From the NCBI GenBank assembly GCA_964588985.1, contig CAZPQW010000041.1, positions 1 through 12,461 of the forward strand: a stretch of DNA of 12,461 nt, written 5' to 3'. Shown piece after piece: positions 1 to 8,208 of this stretch. Origin of the DNA: an uncultured Solirubrobacteraceae bacterium. Lineage in GTDB: Bacteria > Actinomycetota > Thermoleophilia > Solirubrobacterales > Solirubrobacteraceae. Every line of letters begins with the position of its first letter. Position 1 is the stretch's first letter. Position numbers and translations under genes: made by a program. The notes under the pieces are model-generated. The model was not told where the DNA came from and searched no databases. It saw only the letters and a program-made list of their open reading frames with translations.

Positions 1-52
1 TGGTCCCGACGTTGACGTGCGGCTTGTCGCGCTCGAACTTCTCCTTCGCCAC
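1..52 (-). CDS. tuf: Elongation factor Tu, N-terminal fragment (runs off the window)
   Basis: The minus strand from GTG at 52 reads MAKEKFERDKPHVNVGT, the conserved EF-Tu N-terminus. An AGGAG Shine-Dalgarno lies at 63-67, and the gene is directly downstream of fusA. Confidence 0.97.
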   Translation of the reverse strand, partial: MAKEKFERDKPHVNVGT

Positions 53-195
53 TTTTTACTCGCTCCTGTATCGACTTGTATGTCCGCGCCTCTGTGAGGG
101 CGAACCTCAGAAATCTATCTAAATGTGGTGCTCGGTGACTGCTGCTTGTTTCGTACTACTTCAAGTTGGGACAACATCCGCCCTACTGCAGGCGT

Positions 196-2298
<2,103 letters not shown>

Positions 2299-2335
2299 GT
2301 GTGGATCCGGTGGTTGCGGTGGCTGCTTCAGGGCG

Positions 2336-2359
2336 AAAAAAATGGGCCCCTCGGGCCCA
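2336..2359 (-). terminator. Intrinsic terminator inside the fusA leader
   Basis: The minus strand reads TGGGCCC-GAG-GGGCCCA followed by TTTTTTT. It ends 37 nt before the fusA start. Confidence 0.85.
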
Positions 2360-2395
2360 CGCGCGCTACTGGTCTCGTTGGACCGGTTCGCGTCG

Positions 2396-2416
2396 TTATC
2401 TGCTCGAGGTCTCCAT
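2396..2416 (-). CDS. Putative leader peptide METSSR
   Basis: ATG GAG ACC TCG AGC AGA TAA, placed between the leader 5' hairpin and the terminator. No clear SD, and translation is unproven. Confidence 0.35.
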   Translation of the reverse strand: METSSR

Positions 2417-2477
2417 CGTGATTTGCCGACTCGCGGGAAGGCGTGCGCAAGCTGCGTCCACCCGCGACGCGAGGCCG

Positions 2478-2486
2478 ACTATAGCA
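2478..2486 (-). promoter_or_regulatory. Extended -10 promoter for fusA-tuf
   Basis: TG-C-TATAGT on the minus strand followed by GC-rich CGGCCTCG. No convincing -35. Confidence 0.7.
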
Positions 2487-2525
2487 GAGGAATTGCCTCT
2501 CGGAACGGGCTTGCAAGGCCTATCG

Positions 2526-3035
2526 TCAAGGCTGCGTGGGAGCCGCGCCGGGGCCCTTGCAGTCGGCCGTCTCGGGGACTTCCTCGAGCATCGCGCCGAG
2601 GCGTTCGAGGACGCGCGTGGCGGCATCGAGGTCCTCGCCGTCGGTGTCCGCGAGCGCCCGGTGCCAGCGACTCTGCCAGGCCTCGCGCTTGGCCGCGATC
2701 TTGCGTCGGCCCCCGGGAGTGAGGCGCGAGACGACCACGCGCCGGTCGGTCTCCGAGCGCACGCGCTCGACGTGGCCCTGCCCGGCGAGGTGGTCGAGCA
2801 TCTGCGTGACAGTCGCGGGCGTGAGCCGCGCAGCGGCGGCGAGCTCGCCGGCCGCCAGCTCGCCGCGCTCCTCGAGCTCGATCAGCAGCTCGAACTGCGC
2901 GTGGCTGAGCTCCGACCCGCCGAGGTGCGTGTCGCGTCCGCGCAGGCGCGAGAGGGTCCGAAAGACGTGTCGGAAGGCAAGTCCGAGTTCCTTCAGCTGG
3001 GCCTCGCGCGTGTCGGTCGGTGCTGTGGCGCTCAT
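2526..3035 (-). CDS. MarR-family transcriptional regulator
   Basis: C-terminal 169 aa of the listed 710-aa ORF, starting at ATG 3035, 17 nt after the MFS stop. LSHAQFELLIEL, ELAAAARLTPATVTQMLDHLAGQGHVER and SETDRRVVVSRLTPGG form a MarR winged helix with the DRR wing. Confidence 0.93.
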   Translation of the reverse strand: MSATAPTDTREAQLKELGLAFRHVFRTLSRLRGRDTHLGGSELSHAQFELLIELEERGELAAGELAAAARLTPATVTQMLDHLAGQGHVERVRSETDRRVVVSRLTPGGRRKIAAKREAWQSRWHRALADTDGEDLDAATRVLERLGAMLEEVPETADCKGPGAAPTQP

Positions 3036-3052
3036 CGCTCGGTCCGGGCCGG

Positions 3053-4531
3053 CTATGCCCCGAGGGGCTCGACCGCGGCCTCGGCGTTGGCCGCCGCGCG
3101 ACTCAGCCGCGCGTTCGGATTCTCCGCGCGCAGCAGCACGAGGCACGGAATCAGCGACAGCACTGCTATGCCGAGCGACCACCAGTAGGCGTCCTGGAAC
3201 GCGCTCACGGGCTTCACCAAAGCGTGTCCGGTAGCGCGCTGGAGGACCACAGCGAGGACCGCGGTGCCGATCGCGCCGCCGATCCGCTGCAGCACGTTCA
3301 GCTGCGGGGTCGCGTCGGAGAGCTGCTCCGGTCGCAGCGACGCGAACGCCGCGGTCATCGCCGGCATGAACGAGAACCCAATGCCAACACCGCGCAGCAG
3401 CAGCACGAGCGATATCAACGCGATCGAGGTGTGCGCGCCGACGAACGCGAGCGGGATCGTGCCGAGGGCGAGGATCGTCACGCCTCCCATCGCCACGCGG
3501 CCGCCGCCGAAGCGCTGCGTGAGGCGGCTGGTGAGCGGCATCACCAGCAGCATCCCGAGTCCCTGCGGCCCGACCAGGAGCCCGGTGGCGATCACGCTCT
3601 CGTGCCTGATTTCCTGGTAGTAGAGCGGCACGAGGATCATCGCGCCGAACAGCGCAGCACCGAGGCCGAAGGTCGTCAGCGACGCGGCACCGAACACGCG
3701 GTTGGCATACAGCCGCACGTCGAGCAGGGGACGCTCGATGCGCAGCGCGTGCCAGCAGAACACGCCCGCGAGGGTGAGCCCGAGCACCGTGGGCCAAACC
3801 ACGACGGGGGCGGTGAGGCTGGCGTGCGTGCCCGCCTGACTGAGGCCATACACGAGCGCGGTCGACGCGCTCGACAGCAGCGCCAGCCCGCGCACGTCCA
3901 GGCGTCCGGCTTCGCCGGAGTCGGTATGCGGCAGGACGCGCCACGCCAGCGCGAACGCGACCACGCCGATCGGCAGGTTGACGAGGAAGATCCACGACCA
4001 GTGCAGGTTCTGCAGGATCGTGCCGCCGACGATCGGCCCGAAGATCGGCGCGAGCATCGCGGGCATCGAAACGACGCCCATCACCCTGCCCATGCGCTTG
4101 GGACCGGCCACCTGGGCCATGATCAGCTGGCCGACGGGCATGATCATGCCGCCGCCTGCGCCCTGCAGCACACGGAACAGCACCAGCGAGGTGGTCGAGG
4201 CGGCAACCGCGCACAGCCCGGAACCGGCGGTGAAGAGCACCAGCGAGGTCAGGTACACGCGCTTGGCGCCGTAGCGTCGCGCGGCCCAGCCGGTGACGGG
4301 TATGACGGCCGCGAGCGAGAGCAGATACCCGGTCACGACCCACTGGATCTGGGAGATCGAGCTGTGGAGGTCGTGCTGGAGCGTGTGCAGCGCGACGTTG
4401 ACGATCGTCGTGTCGAGGATCGACATGATCATCCCCAGGATCACCACGCCCGCGATCTTCCAAACGATCGGCTCGATGCGGTCGGAGGCGTCCGGGTGGA
4501 AGTCGTGCGCTGTTGTGGCCTGAGAAGACAT
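3053..4531 (-). CDS. MFS drug:H+ antiporter, DHA2 (EmrB/QacA-type, 14 TMS)
   Basis: 492 aa, hydrophobic. Motifs LDTTIVNVAL, GWAARRYGAKR (motif A), APIFGPIVGG (motif C), WSWIFLVNLPIG and PLLDVRLY are typical of DHA2. Confidence 0.95.
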   Translation of the reverse strand: MSSQATTAHDFHPDASDRIEPIVWKIAGVVILGMIMSILDTTIVNVALHTLQHDLHSSISQIQWVVTGYLLSLAAVIPVTGWAARRYGAKRVYLTSLVLFTAGSGLCAVAASTTSLVLFRVLQGAGGGMIMPVGQLIMAQVAGPKRMGRVMGVVSMPAMLAPIFGPIVGGTILQNLHWSWIFLVNLPIGVVAFALAWRVLPHTDSGEAGRLDVRGLALLSSASTALVYGLSQAGTHASLTAPVVVWPTVLGLTLAGVFCWHALRIERPLLDVRLYANRVFGAASLTTFGLGAALFGAMILVPLYYQEIRHESVIATGLLVGPQGLGMLLVMPLTSRLTQRFGGGRVAMGGVTILALGTIPLAFVGAHTSIALISLVLLLRGVGIGFSFMPAMTAAFASLRPEQLSDATPQLNVLQRIGGAIGTAVLAVVLQRATGHALVKPVSAFQDAYWWSLGIAVLSLIPCLVLLRAENPNARLSRAAANAEAAVEPLGA

Positions 4532-4557
4532 TCGGTACCGAAAGTTTAGGTACCGAA
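4531..4557. promoter_or_regulatory. Double-palindrome operator, probably for the MarR protein
   Basis: TTCGGTACCGAA (4531-4542, perfect palindrome) and TTAGGTACCGAA (4546-4557) with a 15-bp period. The whole 27 bp is also a near-perfect inverted repeat overlapping the -10 and the first base of the start codon. Confidence 0.75.
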
Positions 4558-4571
4558 GCTTTGTTCTTCAA
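4543..4571 (-). promoter_or_regulatory. Sigma70-type promoter of the MFS-marR operon
   Basis: TTGAAG (4571-4566), a 17-nt spacer, then TAAACT (4548-4543), 11 nt before the ATG. Confidence 0.75.
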
Positions 4572-4935
4572 CCCCTCTGTGTGCGATCGCACATACGAAA
4601 GCCGTGCCGGTGAAGACAGTCGCCGCGTCGGTTCTAACCCGAGCATGGGTGTCACCACCTATGATCGCTTGCGTCGACCGGCCGCATCGTGCCAACCCGT
4701 CGAGCCACAACGACGAGGACGATATTCCTAGCTGCGCACCGTCTGCGAGTCCTGCAGATCATGGACACCGCACGCCACATCGCCCAGGCGCGACGCGTGA
4801 CACGAGAGCCTCGCCTTTCAGGCGAAACTACTCGACTGATACAGAGCTATTTGATCAAAACCGGTTCGCAATGCATGGCTCAATCCTAACAGGTCCCCAG
4901 GTGCGGCCTGTGGTCCTCTTCGGGCTCCGGATCCT

Positions 4936-4941
4936 TAAACT
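4936..4941 (+). promoter_or_regulatory. -10 box of a leaderless transcript
   Basis: TAAACT lies 6 nt before ATG 4948 with no SD. This is the typical TANNNT-N6-ATG leaderless geometry of actinobacteria. Confidence 0.55.
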
Positions 4942-4947
4942 TTAGGC

Positions 4948-5547
4948 ATGCTTTGGGTCCTCTCGCTCCAAGGATGGGGCGACATTGCTCAGTTTGTCCT
5001 TGCCCTTTCGGGCGTTGCTGCGCTTGGCGGAGCGTACGCGCAGATCCGAACCAGCCAAGCGACCGCCCGTCGAGCACGCGTCTACGACTATGCCGACCTC
5101 CTCAACGGGCTCGAGTTGCTGCGAGCTACGGCGAAGCACAGCGAGCAGTGGCCCAAGTGGACGGCCGCAGACTTCAAGGCGCTTCCGAACATTGAGCAGC
5201 TCGAATGGATGCGGCTTCCAAACATTGTTGAGGAGATAGCGGTCCTCTACAAGCGCGGCATGCTTGACCGCGATGTGGCAGCGGAGCTACTCGGCGTGTA
5301 CGTGGAGCGCCTTTGGAAATCCAGCGAGAAAGTGATCCGGGAACTGCGGGAGGCAGAACAGAGGCCGAGGATCTTTATCGACTGGGAGCAGATGCAGAGC
5401 GACACTTGGAAGAGAAGGGGCGTCGGCGCGCCCCTTGGTGTGGATACCTCAGCGCGTGGTCTAGCTGCACGTCCACCGTCACAGGTTTCCCGCTTGAGAT
5501 GGCTGCTCTCCGCCGAATACCGTCGCTCTATACGAGCGAGTCGTTAA
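4948..5547 (+). CDS. Membrane-anchored hypothetical protein, DUF4760-like
   Basis: 199 aa. An N-terminal TM helix (IAQFVLALSGVAALGGAYAQI) is followed by N..EEIA.LY..G.LD, LW, I.ELR and IF.DWE, a pattern I recognise as resembling DUF4760. Codons are less GC-biased than in neighbouring genes. Confidence 0.75.
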   Translation: MLWVLSLQGWGDIAQFVLALSGVAALGGAYAQIRTSQATARRARVYDYADLLNGLELLRATAKHSEQWPKWTAADFKALPNIEQLEWMRLPNIVEEIAVLYKRGMLDRDVAAELLGVYVERLWKSSEKVIRELREAEQRPRIFIDWEQMQSDTWKRRGVGAPLGVDTSARGLAARPPSQVSRLRWLLSAEYRRSIRASR

Positions 5548-5653
5548 GACCGGTACCAGCCCATCCACTCCATACAAGCACCAAGCAACCCGAGCAGCAC
5601 CCGGAGGGTGCCCTTAAGAAGAAATCGCTACCGCGTCAGTGAGGCTCAGCCCG

Positions 5654-5754
5654 TAGCGGTCCGAGGATCAAGCGAGCCAAGGACGCAGCAAGCGAAGTGT
5701 GCTCCGCACACGAGCGACCGAGGACAACGGTCCGCGCCGGCTATCGGCCCGCTA
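5654..5754. repeat. 101-bp palindromic REP/MITE-like element
   Basis: Terminal inverted repeats TAGCGGTCCGA / TCGGCCCGCTA match at 10/11. A perfect central hairpin GTGTGC-TCC-GCACAC is centred exactly on the element midpoint (5704). The right end overlaps the rpsG stop codon. Confidence 0.55.
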
Positions 5755-6222
5755 CCAGCGGTAGTGCGCGAAGGCCTTGTTGGCCTGCGCCATGCGGTAG
5801 ATGTCGTCCTTGCGCTTGTACGCGCCACCCTGCTGGGACTGAGCATCCATCAGCTCGTTGGCCAACCGCTGAGCCATCGTCTTCTCGCGGCGCTGGCGGG
5901 CGAACTCCACCAGCCAGCGGACTGCAAGTGTGCGGGCGCGACGCGAGGCAACCTCGACGGGCACCTGGTAGGTCGCTCCACCGACGCGGCGGGATTTGAC
6001 CTCGAGCGTCGGGGTCAGCGCCTTGATCGACGCCTCGAGCGTCTCGATCGGGTCTTTGTCGCTGCGCTCAGCCAGCAGCGCGAGCGCGTCGTACACGATC
6101 CGCTCGGCGGTCGACTTCTTGCCGTCCAGCATCACCTTGTTGATCACCTGCTGAACCAGCTTGGAGCGGTGTATCGGGTCCGCCTCCACGGGGCGGATCT
6201 GGGCGGCTGCTCTACGTGGCAT
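5752..6222 (-). CDS. rpsG: 30S ribosomal protein S7
   Basis: 156 aa with [31 protein letters not shown] and [13 protein letters not shown]. Confidence 0.99.
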   Translation of the reverse strand: MPRRAAAQIRPVEADPIHRSKLVQQVINKVMLDGKKSTAERIVYDALALLAERSDKDPIETLEASIKALTPTLEVKSRRVGGATYQVPVEVASRRARTLAVRWLVEFARQRREKTMAQRLANELMDAQSQQGGAYKRKDDIYRMAQANKAFAHYRW

Positions 6223-6225
6223 GAC

Positions 6226-6621
6226 TTATTTTTTCTTCACGCCGTACTGCGAGCGGGCCTTCTTGCGGTCGCTCACGCCGGCGGCGTCGAGCGTCCCGCG
6301 CACGACCTTGTAGCGCACGCCAGGGAGATCCTTGACGCGGCCGCCGCGGACGAGCACGACCGAGTGCTCCTGCAGATTGTGTCCCTCTCCGGGGATGTAC
6401 GCCGTGACCTCGATCGAGCCGGAGATGCGCACACGCGCGACCTTGCGCAGGGCGGAGTTAGGCTTCTTCGGGGTCGTCGTGTAGACGCGCGTGCACACTC
6501 CACGTCGCTGCGGGGCCGCGGTCTTCTTCTTGCGGCCTTTCCCAGACTTCAGTCCAGGAGTGGCGACCTTCTTCTTCGGAGTGACGCGTCCCTTGCGGAC
6601 GAGTTGAGAGGTGGTGGGCAT
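6226..6621 (-). CDS. rpsL: 30S ribosomal protein S12
   Basis: 131 aa with [39 protein letters not shown] and [12 protein letters not shown]. Separated from rpsG by 3 nt. Confidence 0.99.
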   Translation of the reverse strand: MPTTSQLVRKGRVTPKKKVATPGLKSGKGRKKKTAAPQRRGVCTRVYTTTPKKPNSALRKVARVRISGSIEVTAYIPGEGHNLQEHSVVLVRGGRVKDLPGVRYKVVRGTLDAAGVSDRKKARSQYGVKKK

Positions 6622-6630
6622 CGGCGGCAG

Positions 6631-6639
6631 ATGCTAGCA
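6631..6639 (-). promoter_or_regulatory. Extended -10 promoter of rpsL-rpsG (near-leaderless)
   Basis: TG-C-TAGCAT lies 9 nt before the rpsL ATG, within a 21-nt intergenic gap with no SD. Confidence 0.6.
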
Positions 6640-6642
6640 GTG

Positions 6643-7521
6643 CTAGGCGGCCTGAGCCACGCCGGCTGCACGAACCGGCGCCGGCATCAGTGCAGAGGCC
6701 ACGATCACGAGCACGAACGCCAGTGCCTGGAGCGCCACCCCGAGGGGGCTGCCGGCCATCGGATCGCCGAACACGATGATCCCGCCCGCGATGCCCGCGA
6801 TGTTCGCCGCGGTGCCCGTCACCGCGATCACCGGGACCGCCTCGCCGTCCTGCAGTCCGCGCGCGGAGGCGAAGAACGCCACGATCGAAGCGAGTACGGC
6901 GACCCCCAGCCACGGGCTCAGCACGAGGCCGAGGAGGCCGTGAGCGCCGGTGATGCCCGTCAGCGCCTTGATCGCCGTGTCGGACACGCCGAAGAGGATT
7001 CCCGACGCCGCGCCGAGCATCACGCCGTGGTGCTCGACCGGGCCACCCATCCGCGGGCCCATGATCAGCAGGCCGCCGATCCCGAACAGGCCGGCCTCGA
7101 AGGAGATCATCGCCGCCTGGGAGAAGTGCGAGTGCGCGCCGTGCATCGCCGGCAGCGTCAGGCCCAGCAGCACCAGGCCCACAGCCGTCAGGCACAGGCC
7201 GATCCACTGGCGCCTGCCCACGTGGAAGCCGAAGATCCTGTCGGCCATCACCGCGATGAACACCACGCCGCCCGCCAGCGACACCTGGATCACCGACATC
7301 GGCGCCAACGCCAGCGCGGCCACGTGCAGACCCCAGCTCGCGGTCGCGGTGATCATGCCGAGCGTGAACCACTTCGACGAGAACAGCGACTTTGCCGAGC
7401 GCAGCGGGTGCAGCACCTGCACCTTCGGCACGTCGTTCGCGCCCCGGAACTTGTAGAAGAAGCCGAGGTTCGCCACGAAGGCGCACAGGAGGGCGAGGAG
7501 TATGCCTAGATCTAGAGTCAT
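6643..7521 (-). CDS. DMT-superfamily (NIPA/EamA-like) membrane protein
   Basis: About 9 hydrophobic segments. HVAALALAPMSVIQ, RRQWIGLCLTAVG and AGGIIVFGD resemble actinobacterial DMT proteins. The start is ATG 7521 (preferred, just before TM1) or ATG 7551. Confidence 0.8.
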   Translation of the reverse strand: MTLDLGILLALLCAFVANLGFFYKFRGANDVPKVQVLHPLRSAKSLFSSKWFTLGMITATASWGLHVAALALAPMSVIQVSLAGGVVFIAVMADRIFGFHVGRRQWIGLCLTAVGLVLLGLTLPAMHGAHSHFSQAAMISFEAGLFGIGGLLIMGPRMGGPVEHHGVMLGAASGILFGVSDTAIKALTGITGAHGLLGLVLSPWLGVAVLASIVAFFASARGLQDGEAVPVIAVTGTAANIAGIAGGIIVFGDPMAGSPLGVALQALAFVLVIVASALMPAPVRAAGVAQAA

Positions 7522-7635
7522 AGTGGGGACGGCTGGAACGCGTGCATCCATCGGCCACGACCACCGGCTGCTTTACTCCGCGCTGGCCGTGTAGGCGAAT
7601 CGACCGTCTCCAGCAGAGTACCCTGCCCAACCTCT

Positions 7636-8208
7636 ATGCACCCTAAAGAGCCGCTCGGCCTCACCGAAGAGGACGCGGGCGAGCCCGTAGGCACTGTGGA
7701 ATCGGCCGCTGAGAAGCCGCTGCTGATGGTGGACATCGACGGCGTCATCTCGCTGTTCGGCGTTTCTCTCCTCGTGGACGCCGACCCGCGACTGGCCGAA
7801 GGGTCGTTCCATTCGATCGAGGGCATACCCCACTTCCTTTCGGCCACCGCCGCCGCGCACCTGCTTGATCTCGGCCCGCTTTTCGAGCTCGTCTGGGCGA
7901 GCGGCTGGGAAGAGCGCGCAAACGACCACCTCCCCCACCTGCTCGGACTGCCAGCAGGCCTGCCGTTCCTGCGCTTCTCGCGCTCAGTCGGGCGCTCAAA
8001 CGCCCACTGGAAGCTCGACGCGATCGAAGCGCACGCCGCTGGGCGGGCGCTTGCATGGGTCGACGACGCGCTCGACGACGAGTGCCGTGCCTGGGCGCAA
8101 GCGCGCCCCGCACCCACGCTGCTCGTGCAGACCGAGCCGCAGCGGGGCCTCACGGCGCGGGAGGCGCGGCTGCTGGCGGACTGGGCGCTTCAGCTGGCGG
8201 CACGCTGA
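7636..8208 (+). CDS. HAD-superfamily phosphatase (Swiss Army Knife RNA-repair-like HAD domain)
   Basis: Motif I LLMVDIDGVI, motif II LVWASGW, motif III WK, motif IV LAWVDD, and a C-terminal GLT. The start is uncertain. Confidence 0.85.
   Translation: MHPKEPLGLTEEDAGEPVGTVESAAEKPLLMVDIDGVISLFGVSLLVDADPRLAEGSFHSIEGIPHFLSATAAAHLLDLGPLFELVWASGWEERANDHLPHLLGLPAGLPFLRFSRSVGRSNAHWKLDAIEAHAAGRALAWVDDALDDECRAWAQARPAPTLLVQTEPQRGLTAREARLLADWALQLAAR

Larger units (their letters stand above)
2299..2470 (-). promoter_or_regulatory. Structured 5' leader of fusA (candidate attenuator)
   Basis: Lies between the predicted -10 and the fusA ATG. Contains hairpin TCGCGGG/CCCGCGA (2461-2467/2431-2437), a uORF, nested stems ACGCG/CGCGT and ACcGGTC/GACCaGT, then a terminator. 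Confidence 0.6.

Noticed and set aside
53-195. Separate tuf promoter or ncRNA in the fusA-tuf gap
   Set aside because: Only short hairpins (e.g. 95-109) and a TAGATT box without a -35 or TG extension were found, which is insufficient support.
2526-4658. 710-aa ORF suggesting an MFS-MarR frameshift fusion
   Set aside because: Its first codon position coincides with the GC-rich third position of the MFS gene, which suppresses stops. No slippery site was seen, and MarR has its own ATG at 3035.
4660-4750. Possible decayed HNH endonuclease (CVD, IVP, HNDEDDI and LAAHRL in different frames)
   Set aside because: It needs several frameshifts and lacks the key H and N residues. A blastx or HMM hit would be required.
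6226-6621. Streptomycin-resistance substitutions in S12
   Set aside because: TPKKPNS and RVKDLPG are wild type.
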